Shown: positions 16,450-25,287, numbered from the stretch's first letter. The stretch is DNA of 40,319 nt from Candidatus Lloydbacteria bacterium (GCA_016214545.1 JACROH010000008.1:1-40319), one strand, 5' to 3'. Notes: a model not told the origin generated them from the letters alone. Numbers and translations: made by a program.

Positions 16450-19161
16450 ATGTTTCCTTTCAATAATTTTACATCAAAAGCAAAAGAAGCGGTGAAGCGG
16501 GCGCACGAGCTTGCGATTGAACGCGGGCAAAACCATGTGAACCCCGTACACCTTTTGACGGCCCTCATTTTGCAGGAAGAAAGCATGGTCCTCTCCATTC
16601 TCGATAAATTGGAGATCGACACCATGCTTCTTTCCGATACCCTGATTGAAGCCATTGAAGCGCCGGAGGCCGGCACGATTCTTTCTCCTTCATACCAAAT
16701 GTATTTGACACCCGAATTTGCTCGGGTGCTTGATAGCGCGGGGAAAATCGCGGCGGCCCTGAAAGACGAATTTGTTTCAACCGAGCATTTATTTCTCGCG
16801 GTTCTTGAAGTGCCCGGGCACGCGCGCGAAATTTTGGCGCGTTTTCGGATTACCAAAGAAGATGTTATCCGTGTGCTTGAGGATATTAAGCGGGGCAACG
16901 TGAGCGACGCGACGTCTGCCAAAAAATTCAGGGCGCTTGAAAAATATACGCGGAATCTCACAAAGCTTGCCACAGAAGATAAGCTTGACCCGGTTATCGG
17001 CAGGGATGAAGAAATCAGGCGCGTGATTCAAATTATTTCACGCCGGACAAAAAATAATCCGGTGCTTATCGGCGAAGCGGGTGTCGGCAAGACGGCTATA
17101 GTCGAGGGGCTTGCGGTGCGTATGGCGAAGGGTGAAGTGCCGGAATCGCTCAAAGACAAACAATTGGTATCTCTTGATTTGGGCTCGCTCATCGCGGGGA
17201 CGAAATATCGCGGAGAATTTGAAGAGCGATTGAAGGCGATTATGAAAGAAGTCACGCGCGCTGAAGGGCAGATTATTCTCTTTATCGACGAGTTGCATAC
17301 GATTGTGGGCGCCGGAGCCGCGGAAGGCTCTATGGACGCGTCAAACATGCTGAAGCCCGCACTTGCGCGAGGCGAGCTCAAGGTTATCGGCGCCACGACG
17401 CTTAAAGAGTATCAAAAATATATTGAAAAAGATCCGGCGCTGACGCGGCGATTCCAGCCGGTGCAGGTGTCGGAGCCAACGGTTGAAGATGCCATTGCCA
17501 TTTTGCGCGGCATCAAAGACAAATATGAGCTTTACCACGGCGTGAAAATCACCGATGACGCTATTGTCGCGGCGGTGCAATTATCAAGCCGCTATATTAC
17601 CGAGCGTTATTTGCCCGACAAGGCGGTTGATTTGATTGACGAGGCGGCGTCTTCTCTACGCATTGCGCTTGAAAACAAGCCGGCAGAGCTTGAAGACGCA
17701 CATCGAAAAATCATGCGGCTTGAAATCGAAAAAGAAGCGCTCAAAAAAGAGTCGGGGGATGCGGCAAGCGCAAAAGCAAAGAAAGCGAAAGCGCGCGTCA
17801 AAAAAATTGATAAAGACATCGGCGACTTGAAAGAAAAGACACGCGAGCTTGAGCTCAAGTGGAAAAACGAAAAAAATATCTTGGGCGATATTCGCGAAGT
17901 GAAAAAAGAGCTTGATAAATTGCGCCTTGAAGCCGAAAATGCCGAGCTTCGCGTGGACCTTTCGGCGGCGGCTGAAATTCGCTACGGGAAAATCCCACTG
18001 CTTGAAAAAGAGCTTTCCCAGAAGACGAGCCGATTAAAGAAGCTCCAGCAATCGCGCCGAATTTTGCGCGAGGAGATTGAAGAGTCCGATATTGCGGATA
18101 TCGTGTCTCGCTGGACGGGCGTGCCGGTGGTGCGCATGCTTGAAGAAGAAGTGCAAAAATTGAGCCGCATTGAAGAATCGCTCAAGCACCGTGTCGTGGG
18201 GCAGGATGCCGCCATTGCCGAAATTGCGAATGCCGTGAAGCGCTCGCGCGTCGGTATTTCCGACCCGGAGCGTCCGATTGGCTCGTTTATTTTCCTTGGA
18301 CCCACCGGCGTCGGCAAGACCGAGCTCACGAAAGCGCTCGCTGAATTTATGTTTAATGATGAAAAGGCGCTCATTCGCGTGGACATGTCTGAATTTATGG
18401 AGAAACATTCGGTGTCAAAGCTCATCGGCTCGCCGCCCGGATATGTCGGGCACGAAGAGGGAGGAGATTTCACCGAAAAAGTCCGCCATCGTCCGTACTC
18501 GGTGATTCTCTTTGATGAAATAGAAAAAGCGCATCCGGAGGTATTTAACATTCTCTTGCAGGTGCTTGATAACGGACGGCTCACGGACGCAAAAGGCAGG
18601 ACGGTGAATTTCAAAAACACCATTATCGTCATGACCTCAAACATCGGCGCGCAGCATATTGATAAAATGGAATCCATCGGCTTTGCGAATACGAACGCAA
18701 AAGAAGATTACACGGAGGCGAAGAGCAAAGTAATGGCGAGCTTGAAAGATCATTTCCGTCCGGAATTTTTGAACCGGCTTGATAGCATCATCATCTTTGA
18801 CATTCTCTCTGAGGCGGTGGTGCGTGAGATTGTCGGCAAACAAATTGAGATTATGAGACAGCGTTTGACCGAAAAAGAAATCACCATAACGGTTACGGAC
18901 AGCGCGATGGCATACTTGGCAAAAGAAGGATACGACCCGCATTACGGCGCTCGTCCGCTCAAACGCTTGATTCAAAATAAAATCTTGAATCCGATCGCGA
19001 ACCTCATGATTTCAAAAAATATGTTGAAAGGTGGCGCGCTTTTGGTGGACGCGAAAGATAACGACATCATCATCGGCGTTGAAAAGCTCGGTCCCGGCGC
19101 GGGCTCCAAAAAAGGGGAGTCAAAACCGCAGATGGAGAAGAAAGATAAGATTACGGCGTAA
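16450..19161 (+). CDS. clpB: ATP-dependent chaperone ClpB
   Basis: 903 aa with a Clp N domain, two AAA+ modules ([30 protein letters not shown]), a long coiled-coil middle domain, and [10 protein letters not shown]. Confidence 0.97.
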   Translation: MFPFNNFTSKAKEAVKRAHELAIERGQNHVNPVHLLTALILQEESMVLSILDKLEIDTMLLSDTLIEAIEAPEAGTILSPSYQMYLTPEFARVLDSAGKIAAALKDEFVSTEHLFLAVLEVPGHAREILARFRITKEDVIRVLEDIKRGNVSDATSAKKFRALEKYTRNLTKLATEDKLDPVIGRDEEIRRVIQIISRRTKNNPVLIGEAGVGKTAIVEGLAVRMAKGEVPESLKDKQLVSLDLGSLIAGTKYRGEFEERLKAIMKEVTRAEGQIILFIDELHTIVGAGAAEGSMDASNMLKPALARGELKVIGATTLKEYQKYIEKDPALTRRFQPVQVSEPTVEDAIAILRGIKDKYELYHGVKITDDAIVAAVQLSSRYITERYLPDKAVDLIDEAASSLRIALENKPAELEDAHRKIMRLEIEKEALKKESGDAASAKAKKAKARVKKIDKDIGDLKEKTRELELKWKNEKNILGDIREVKKELDKLRLEAENAELRVDLSAAAEIRYGKIPLLEKELSQKTSRLKKLQQSRRILREEIEESDIADIVSRWTGVPVVRMLEEEVQKLSRIEESLKHRVVGQDAAIAEIANAVKRSRVGISDPERPIGSFIFLGPTGVGKTELTKALAEFMFNDEKALIRVDMSEFMEKHSVSKLIGSPPGYVGHEEGGDFTEKVRHRPYSVILFDEIEKAHPEVFNILLQVLDNGRLTDAKGRTVNFKNTIIVMTSNIGAQHIDKMESIGFANTNAKEDYTEAKSKVMASLKDHFRPEFLNRLDSIIIFDILSEAVVREIVGKQIEIMRQRLTEKEITITVTDSAMAYLAKEGYDPHYGARPLKRLIQNKILNPIANLMISKNMLKGGALLVDAKDNDIIIGVEKLGPGAGSKKGESKPQMEKKDKITA

Positions 19162-19170
19162 TTATAAATC

Positions 19171-19207
19171 AAAAAACTACCGCGGTATTATACTGCGGTA
19201 GTTTTTT
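19171..19207. terminator. Intrinsic terminator after clpB; also closes the tRNA-Trp trailer
   Basis: aaaaaactaccgc-ggtattatact-gcggtagtttttt. Confidence 0.8.
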
Positions 19208-19327
19208 GATTTTTTCCAGTATTGCGAGCGGGACTCAAAAATAAGGGAGAACCTTTTCGAATCCTCGACGCAAAGCGCGCAGGCGCTTTGCTTGGGCCTC
19301 GCACAAAATGCGCTTTGCTTTATTTTG

Positions 19328-19401
19328 TGGCGGGCCCACGAGGATTCGAACCTCGGTCAACGGTTTTGGAGACCGCTATTCTACCACTGAACTATAGGCC
19401 C
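19328..19401 (-). tRNA. tRNA-Trp(CCA), with CCA encoded
   Basis: Reverse complement: gggcctatagttcagtggtagaatagcggtctccaaaaccgttgaccgaggttcgaatcctcgtgggcccgcca. Confidence 0.93.
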
Positions 19402-19487
19402 ATTATTTTTCAAAAACACTATTCATCATAACGCAAAAAACAAAAATCCCCAAGAGAGGATTTTTTGCAAAAAAGATGCGCGCAATG

Positions 19488-19646
19488 CTATTTTTTGACC
19501 TCTTTATGAGCCACGTGCTTTCGGCACCATCGGCAAAATTTCTTGAGCTCGATTTTTCGCTCAACCAATTTTTTGTTTTTCCGGCTCCAATAATTGATGC
19601 GTTTGCATTTTGAGCAGGCAAGTTTTATGAGTTGTTTCTGCGCCAT
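19488..19646 (-). CDS. rpmG: 50S ribosomal protein L33 (52 aa; absent from the ORF track because it is under 60 aa)
   Basis: Hand translation gives MAQKQLIKLACSKCKRINYWSRKNKKLVERKIELKKFCRWCRKHVAHKEVKK*. It has the CxxC...CxxC zinc ribbon and the L33 signature KFC..C.KH..HKE. It lies upstream of tRNA-Trp, as in many bacteria. Confidence 0.9.
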   Translation of the reverse strand: MAQKQLIKLACSKCKRINYWSRKNKKLVERKIELKKFCRWCRKHVAHKEVKK

Positions 19647-19705
19647 AAGTTCTGATACTCTACCAAATATCGTCTAAAAAGTGAAGCCCCCGAGCATTAC
19701 GAGGC

Positions 19706-20722
19706 TCAGGGGGCTTTTCGGTCCATTGTTTTTAATGTTGTCATAATTCTGTGACGAATTTCTCCGTCAAAAAGTCCGCGCCATACACCACGAACGACAA
19801 ACCAGACATTCGCCGGTCGTTCAGCCATGCGGCGCATAAAATACGGAAACCAGCGCGTGCCATACGGAACATATACGCGCATCGGATATCCTTCTTTCAC
19901 CAGCCGATGCTGTTCCTGCACATACATGCCATAAAGCATCTGAAATTCAAACGTGTCTTTGGGCAATCCGTGTTCCGCAAGAATTTCTTTAGCGTGTTTA
20001 ATCAATATCGGGTCATGCGTGCCGATGGCAAGATGATTGCCGCGCGCACGAATATCTTCACGGGCAAAATAGTTTATAAGCATACAGCACACGCCACGTA
20101 TAACTTCCAGACACTGATACGCGACAAGCGGAGACTCTTGATACGCCCCCTTTACCAATCGGATAGCCGTCCCATCTTGCGCAAGCATTGCAATATCTTG
20201 CTCATGCGTCCGATGAAGATACGCTTGCAGAGCGAGGCGGAAAGAAACGGCACGATATTTTTTTCGCAACATCCGGAATATTTCAATCGTGTTTTCAGTA
20301 TCTTCGCTCCCCTCCATATCTATCTCAATGGCAACACCGTAGCGCGCCGCCGTCTCGGCAATATGGCACATACGCGTTTCACAAAATCTTTTTCCGAGAG
20401 AAAGCCCGACATGCGAGAGTTTGACAGAAACGCTCGCCTGAAGTTTTTCCTCATTGATTCGGCGGATAAGCCTCTGATACTCCAAAACAACTTCATCGAT
20501 TTTTTCCGGAGAAACGACACTTTCGCCTAAAATATCAACGGTCGCTCTACATCCGTCTTGATTGAGCTCTTTTACCGCTGCGATCGCTTCATCAATGGTT
20601 TCACCCGCGACAAACGCTCGAGAGAGCGGGTGAAGAATGTGGCAGTGAATAGCCAGCCAATTCAATGGGCGATTTTTTGAAAACCAAATGAACATCTTTT
20701 TCATTAATTTTTCAAAAAACAT
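19706..20722 (-). CDS. Proline dehydrogenase (stand-alone PRODH domain)
   Basis: FVAGET, VDILGE, KLSHVGL, IEIDMEGS, LQAYL, IRLVKGAY, IGTHD, FEFQMLYGM and VYVPYG...YFMRRMAERPAN. Confidence 0.85.
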   Translation of the reverse strand: MFFEKLMKKMFIWFSKNRPLNWLAIHCHILHPLSRAFVAGETIDEAIAAVKELNQDGCRATVDILGESVVSPEKIDEVVLEYQRLIRRINEEKLQASVSVKLSHVGLSLGKRFCETRMCHIAETAARYGVAIEIDMEGSEDTENTIEIFRMLRKKYRAVSFRLALQAYLHRTHEQDIAMLAQDGTAIRLVKGAYQESPLVAYQCLEVIRGVCCMLINYFAREDIRARGNHLAIGTHDPILIKHAKEILAEHGLPKDTFEFQMLYGMYVQEQHRLVKEGYPMRVYVPYGTRWFPYFMRRMAERPANVWFVVRGVWRGLFDGEIRHRIMTTLKTMDRKAP

Positions 20723-20802
20723 GGCTTCCTCCCTTCTTCAATTTTTTAAAACTTTACCATATTTGATATAAAAAGTAAAGATGATACTTTGCTACTCCAT
20801 AG

Positions 20803-20830
20803 AAAAAACTGGCATATTGCCAGTTTTTTT
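20803..20830. terminator. Bidirectional hairpin upstream of tRNA-Tyr
   Basis: aaaaaactggca-tat-tgccagttttttt. Confidence 0.6.
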
Positions 20831-20915
20831 GGTAGAGTATATAGTGTTATTTTTATTTGCGTCATCGTATTAGACACCACAATAAAGAAAAACATTTGTG
20901 ACCAAAGTATAAATT

Positions 20916-20999
20916 GCGTCGGTGGCGGAGTGGTCAATCGCAGCAGACTGTAAATCTGCCGGCCTTAGGCCTACGGGGGTTCGAATCCCTCCCGGCGCA
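20916..20999 (+). tRNA. tRNA-Tyr(GTA)
   Basis: gcgtcgg-tg-gcgg-agtggtcaa-tcgc-a-gcaga-ctgtaaa-tctgc, long variable arm ggcc-tta-ggcc, T arm ggggg-ttcgaat-ccctc, acceptor ccggcgc-a. Confidence 0.9.
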
Positions 21000-21060
21000 C
21001 TAGAGAGAACAAGCCGCGGATTCGAACGTCATTTTCACTCCTCGCTAGTCGAAATAAAAA

Positions 21061-21092
21061 ATCGCCCTGCTGTAAAGACAGCGGGGCGATTT
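21061..21092 (+). terminator. Intrinsic terminator after tRNA-Tyr
   Basis: atcgccctgctgt-aaa-gacagcggggcgat, followed by tt. Confidence 0.7.
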
Positions 21093-21112
21093 ACGTTTAG
21101 GTTAGGTGTTTA

Positions 21113-21583
21113 TTACGGTTGGGGGAGAGAGTAGTCAATAAAATCCGGCGTCAAATATATGCCGAAGCGAATGTCTACCTGTCGCGTCGCTATTTTTTGC
21201 TCGTCGATTTCTCCGGGGAGCAGATACTGAACAAAGATTTCTTGGCCGGTAGCAATCGCTTCCAGGGCGAATATATTCCATGCGCTTAGTCGAATGGAGT
21301 GGGCTTGCCATGTGACCGAAATCATCCAGGTATCGTGCATCATCCAGCGGAGAGGGCCTTGCTTGTCGACTTCCACAATAAGAAGACCATCTTTGTCGTC
21401 GTAGAGAAAGGCTCTTTTAATGCCGATACTGGGGATAGCCAATTCCTTTTTTTCAGCGGTCTCTTTAAGGATGATGATTTTATTATTGTCCGCGGCCGAG
21501 AGAGGCTTTGCCGGAAAGTAAAATAAAAACAGAAAAGAAAAAATAAGTAAAAGAACGTGCCGTACAGGGTGCGTGTTTTTCAT
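21113..21583 (-). CDS. Secreted hypothetical protein
   Basis: 156 aa with signal-like N-terminus VRHVLLLIFSFLFLFYFPAKPLSA. No motif was recognised. Confidence 0.65.
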   Translation of the reverse strand: MKNTHPVRHVLLLIFSFLFLFYFPAKPLSAADNNKIIILKETAEKKELAIPSIGIKRAFLYDDKDGLLIVEVDKQGPLRWMMHDTWMISVTWQAHSIRLSAWNIFALEAIATGQEIFVQYLLPGEIDEQKIATRQVDIRFGIYLTPDFIDYSLPQP

Positions 21584-21716
21584 AAAAATCCCCCTATTTG
21601 GTTTGTTTAAGACATATCGGTATATGTATATTGCCGCTTGGTTATTTGGGCGGCAAGAAGTTTATCAATAATGCTTTTTCCTTCTTTTTTCAAGGTATTC
21701 TTAAATGGTTTAAAAA

Positions 21717-22640
21717 TCAACCGGCAAGAAATTTCTTCGCTATCCTTGCGGCTTCTTTGGCGTTTTTCACCCATACGATTGATTTGTCGCGGCGGAACCA
21801 TGTATTTTGACGCTTGGCATATTGGTTGATTGCCGTTTCAAGCTGTGAGAGCATTTCTTGCTTTGATATTTTTTTCTCTAGATAACGCGCAAGAAAACGG
21901 TATTCAAGTCCGAGCTCTTCAAACCGTTTCCACGAAAGGCCACCTTGGTGCAAGCGCTCCGCTTCTGAAATCATTCCCATTGCCATGCGCTTTTGCAATC
22001 GCACGTGGATATTTTTCTTTAATTTTTTATCAGGGAGTGATATGCCGATGGTGAGAATATGTTCCGGTGCAATTTTTGGTTTGAATTGTGTTGTTGGCAC
22101 GCGTCCAAATGCTTTTGCAATTTCTATAGCGCGGACCAACCGCCGTGGATTGTGGCGGTCTATTGTCTCTGCGCGTTTTGGGTCGAGCACGCGAAGCATT
22201 TTGAAGAGTTCATCTGCCGATTTTTTTTCAAGCACGCGGCGGAGTGCTTTATCGGGCTTTACTTTAGGCAAAGCGAGACCTTTGAGAAGTGTATCAACAT
22301 AAAATCCGGTTCCGCCGCAAATAATCGGCAGGTTGCCGCGATGCCAAATGCTTTTTACCGCGCGCCATGCCTTTTTCTGGTAAGACGCGGCAGAAAAGCG
22401 GCGAGTAGGACTTGCGACATCAAGCAAATGATGGGGGATACCGCGCGTTTCTTTCTTGGTGATTTTTCCCGTGCCGATATTAAGTCCGCGGTATACCTGC
22501 CGTGAATCCGCGGAGACGACTTCTCCGCCGAATGTTTTGGCAAGCAAGACGGCAACGTCGCTTTTTCCAGATGACGTTGGCCCCACCACGGCGATAAGCA
22601 AGGGCTTTATTTTCTTTTTTAACGTGACGGGCATGTTCAT
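21717..22640 (-). CDS. miaA: tRNA dimethylallyltransferase
   Basis: P-loop GPTSSGKS, SADSRQVYRGLNIGTGK and IPHHLLD. Start is uncertain: ATG 22640 or 22634; the TTG at 22673 is less likely. Confidence 0.9.
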   Translation of the reverse strand: MNMPVTLKKKIKPLLIAVVGPTSSGKSDVAVLLAKTFGGEVVSADSRQVYRGLNIGTGKITKKETRGIPHHLLDVASPTRRFSAASYQKKAWRAVKSIWHRGNLPIICGGTGFYVDTLLKGLALPKVKPDKALRRVLEKKSADELFKMLRVLDPKRAETIDRHNPRRLVRAIEIAKAFGRVPTTQFKPKIAPEHILTIGISLPDKKLKKNIHVRLQKRMAMGMISEAERLHQGGLSWKRFEELGLEYRFLARYLEKKISKQEMLSQLETAINQYAKRQNTWFRRDKSIVWVKNAKEAARIAKKFLAG

Positions 22641-22769
22641 TACATTCTTCACCGCCTGCCCCCTGTTTGTCAAAAGGATCGCGGTAAAACGTGGACAGAA
22701 GGGTAATGCGAGTGGTATTATAAGAGCGATTAAAAAGATTTTTCACATTACTAATGTAATAAAATATAT

Positions 22770-23423
22770 ATGAATCACGATATGAAAAAAAATGGTATGT
22801 CATGCGGAGATTGTGCGTGCGATTGCGCCTGCGAAGAATCCATCAAATGTGGGGCGGTGGGAGAGGAAGTGCACGATATCGAACTGGAAGCATATCACCA
22901 AGACAGAATTAAAAAAATAAAGCTCTCGGATTATCGCGGGAAAAAAGGCGGCAAGTGGACAATACTTTTTTTCTATCCTGCCGACTTCACGTTTATTTGC
23001 CCGACCGAGCTTGAAGAATTGGCGGAGGCGTACGACCAGTTTAAAAAACTTGATACCGAAATTTTATCGGTGAGCACGGATACGGTGTTTGTGCACAAAG
23101 CATGGCACGATGCATCGGACGCGGTGAAAAAAATAAAATTTCCGATGCTTGCGGATCCGGCAGGGAAACTCTCGCGCATGATGGGTGTCTATTTGGAAGA
23201 CGAGGGGATCGCGCTCCGCGGGAGCTTTATTATCGACCCCGACGGCATCTTGCGCGCGATGGAAGTGCACGACAACAACATCGGCCGAAGCGCCAAAGAA
23301 TTGCTCCGCAAACTTCAGGCGGCAAAATTTGTCCGCGAGCATGGCGGCCAAGTGTGCCCGGCAAGCTGGAATCCGGGGGATGACACACTCCGCCCCGGGC
23401 TTGATTTGGTGGGGAAGATATAA
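22770..23423 (+). CDS. Typical 2-Cys peroxiredoxin (AhpC/Prx1 type) with a Cys-rich N-terminal extension
   Basis: Peroxidatic FYPADFTFICPTEL and resolving GGQVCPASWNPG. An extra N-terminal segment carries SCGDCACDCACEESIKC. Confidence 0.9.
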   Translation: MNHDMKKNGMSCGDCACDCACEESIKCGAVGEEVHDIELEAYHQDRIKKIKLSDYRGKKGGKWTILFFYPADFTFICPTELEELAEAYDQFKKLDTEILSVSTDTVFVHKAWHDASDAVKKIKFPMLADPAGKLSRMMGVYLEDEGIALRGSFIIDPDGILRAMEVHDNNIGRSAKELLRKLQAAKFVREHGGQVCPASWNPGDDTLRPGLDLVGKI

Positions 23424-23432
23424 ATAAAGGTT

Positions 23433-23452
23433 CCTCGCAGCAAGCTGCGAGG
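23433..23452 (+). repeat. Conserved 3'-UTR hairpin, copy B (partner copy at 7724-7745)
   Basis: aataaaggtt-cctcgcag-caag-ctgcgagg-tatt, starting directly after the prx stop codon. Confidence 0.7.
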
Positions 23453-23499
23453 TATTGAACCCGTGTTTCCTCTTCGCTCCTCGCTAGCCGAAATAAAAG

Positions 23500-23529
23500 A
23501 AAAACACCACAGAGAATGTGGTGTTTTTT
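23500..23529 (+). terminator. Intrinsic terminator after the peroxiredoxin gene
   Basis: aaaaacaccaca-gagaa-tgtggtgtttttt. Confidence 0.8.
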
Positions 23530-23594
23530 CATTTAACCGTTAATGTTTGTGGTAAAAAAAAGAGCAGTTTATAGACGTGCTCTGGTCTTTGTCG

Positions 23595-23927
23595 TTAGGC
23601 GGGGCTTCTTGCGTAGAAGTTTAAAATTATGGAGCGTATTGCAAGGTCTGTTGGTGTTACCGATACGGAGCCGTAATCACCGAGAACTATATTGCAGGCT
23701 TTGGTGATATTGAGCACATTGACTCCGTCTCCGTTTGCTGACATATCTTCGACAGGGCTTCTGCCTTGTGGGCGCGGGGCGTATGCTTTCACGCTTGCAT
23801 TTTTTCTTCCAAAATTGCTCTTCTCCACCAATTTAAGGATTCCCTCCCAGATTTCTTTGTCGGATTTGTTTTTTGCGATTTCCTTTTTGATTATCTCTAC
23901 CACTTCTAGTTTCTCCTTATTGGTCAT
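23595..23927 (-). CDS. Orphan hypothetical protein (110 aa)
   Basis: SD ggagg 5 nt upstream of the ATG at 23927 (MTNKEKLEVVEIIKKEIAKNK...). TTGACA-17-TACCAT lies upstream. The longer ORF to 24089 would run through a terminator. Confidence 0.55.
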   Translation of the reverse strand: MTNKEKLEVVEIIKKEIAKNKSDKEIWEGILKLVEKSNFGRKNASVKAYAPRPQGRSPVEDMSANGDGVNVLNITKACNIVLGDYGSVSVTPTDLAIRSIILNFYARSPA

Positions 23928-24048
23928 AACGCCTCCATGGGAATGTTGGATATATTGTATTGTAAAAGGACTTTTTATATGGTAGCATATAGTTTCTATT
24001 TTGTCAATTATTGGAAGACCACAAGAGTTTAGTTTGAGCGGGGGTAAT

Positions 24049-24083
24049 AAAAAACACCGCACACGAGGATGCGGTGTTTTTTT
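24049..24083. terminator. Bidirectional intrinsic terminator between the two orphan genes
   Basis: aaaaaacaccgc-acacgaggat-gcggtgttttttt. Confidence 0.75.
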
Positions 24084-24097
24084 ACTCAAGATACTCG

Positions 24098-24592
24098 TTA
24101 TAGTTTAACTATAGCAAATTTACAGGAGCCGCTGAGTTCTTTCGGAGAATATACGGTGAGAGACCAATCCCATTGCGGCACAGTAGTGGCAACATAATTT
24201 CCTTTATAACTATCCCCAAGAGCTACAGCGAATGTCAGAGAATCTAGCTTCTCATAATTATGCCCGCGTTCTTTATCCTGTTCGTATTCCTTTTCAAGGT
24301 CACTCCATAATTTATTGGCAAGACTTGCCAGCTCAAACCCTGTGGCCAGCCGCCAGCCATTTTCTTTACACCATTGCTCGACTACATTACGGTCGAATGG
24401 CTTTCCCTTTTCCGGGATGAAAAACGACATATTCAAAGTTTTTGGGGCTCCCTCCTGTTCTTTTGGCGGTGTAAGAACTATTTCTTCTCTGTCATTAAGA
24501 CCTATTTTCTTTAAATTATCATTACCCCCGACCGGAGTAAAAAAAATTGGTTCCTGTGTCAACGTTAATTCAAAGACCTCTTTAGCTTTCAT
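24098..24592 (-). CDS. Orphan hypothetical protein (164 aa)
   Basis: SD aaggagg 6 nt upstream of the ATG at 24592 (MKAKEVFELTL...). It contains WCKENGWRLATGFELASLANKLW, loosely reminiscent of the DUF1566/Lcl-type GWRLPT..EL..L motif. That similarity is unverified. Confidence 0.6.
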   Translation of the reverse strand: MKAKEVFELTLTQEPIFFTPVGGNDNLKKIGLNDREEIVLTPPKEQEGAPKTLNMSFFIPEKGKPFDRNVVEQWCKENGWRLATGFELASLANKLWSDLEKEYEQDKERGHNYEKLDSLTFAVALGDSYKGNYVATTVPQWDWSLTVYSPKELSGSCKFAIVKL

Positions 24593-24860
24593 CGGCGCCT
24601 CCTTTTCTCTTTGGTTAAACTTTTCTGGACCCTTTTCCATTGTTATTTTACATTATCATGCAAATCAGCATCTGTAAAATGTTACTTGTTATTTGGTATT
24701 TTTATTTTGTTCGAATGACGAGGGAGACGAAGACAGGGAGAATCGGTCAGGAGTCGCTATTTGTATAGTCGCTACGCTCCTTACAAATATGCGCTCATGA
24801 CCATGGCTCGGCCACGAATCCTGCGCTCCGCTGCGGATTCGGCTTCGCGGCCTCCGCCTT

Positions 24861-24942
24861 TCGATTCTCTCCTCCAGCGATAAAAATATATTCGGCAAAC
24901 GCTCCGCGTTTCCCTCGTTATTTTTATGCCGGAGGAGAATCG
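24861..24942. repeat. Fragments of the tRNA-Leu(CAA) 3' end: one inverted (24861-24875) and one direct (24926-24942)
   Basis: tcgattctctcctcc is the exact reverse complement of 25109-25123. atgccggaggagaatcg equals 25104-25122 minus a 2-nt ga. Confidence 0.8.
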
Positions 24943-24974
24943 GCTACAAATAATTTTTCTGACGAAAAATTTTC

Positions 24975-25104
24975 GCAGCCCCGCCTCGCGGTTTTTGCCT
25001 TTGCTCCGCTTCGCTACGCAAAACAAAAACATCGCTGCGGCTTTCGATTTTCTCACGCAAGCAAAGCAGTTTGCTTGCTCTCCGTCATTTTCATTTCATT
25101 CAAA
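24975..25104 (+). pseudogene. Decayed copy of the LSR 3'-terminal / tRNA-proximal module abutting tRNA-Leu(CAA)
   Basis: Collinear anchors are shared with 38651-38785 when both are read outward from the tRNA: aaaatg(a)cggag, a gcaaa-type hairpin, gtttttg, gaagcg.agc, and cgcgaggcgggg (12/12). The plus-frame peptide ...SPASRFLPLL...FACSPSF resembles the LSR tail ...NPRLASRSLLL...SLCDAPHF. Confidence 0.4.
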
Positions 25105-25186
25105 TGCCGGAGGAGAGAATCGAACTCTCATGGGTTTCCCCGCACGATTTTGAGTCGTGTGCGTCTGCCAATTCCGCCACTCCGGC
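25105..25186 (-). tRNA. tRNA-Leu(CAA)
   Basis: Reverse complement: gccggagtggcggaattggcagacgcacacgactcaaaatcgtgcggggaaacccatgagagttcgattctctcctccggca. Anticodon loop ctcaaaa. Confidence 0.93.
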
Positions 25187-25259
25187 CTGTCTGCTGTGAG
25201 GCAGGCTTATTTGTTCAAGCATAGCGTATTTTTTGGAGAAATCAAATTAAGAGTGACGG

Positions 25260-25287
25260 TTGTTTGTGAATATCAATGTGATATAAT
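25260..25287 (+). promoter_or_regulatory. Extended -10 promoter for parB
   Basis: TTGTTT, a 16-nt spacer, then TGaTATAAT (25279-25287), about 25 nt upstream of the ATG. Confidence 0.5.

Noticed and set aside
24641-25104. The 460-nt non-coding GC-hairpin-rich region, considered as RNase P RNA, tmRNA, SRP RNA or another housekeeping ncRNA.
   Set aside because: The hallmark strings are absent on both strands: gaggaaagtcc for RNase P P4, a tRNA-like acceptor with a tag ORF for tmRNA, and ggaaggaagcagc for SRP. The content is explained by tRNA-end fragments and the decayed recombinase-tail module.
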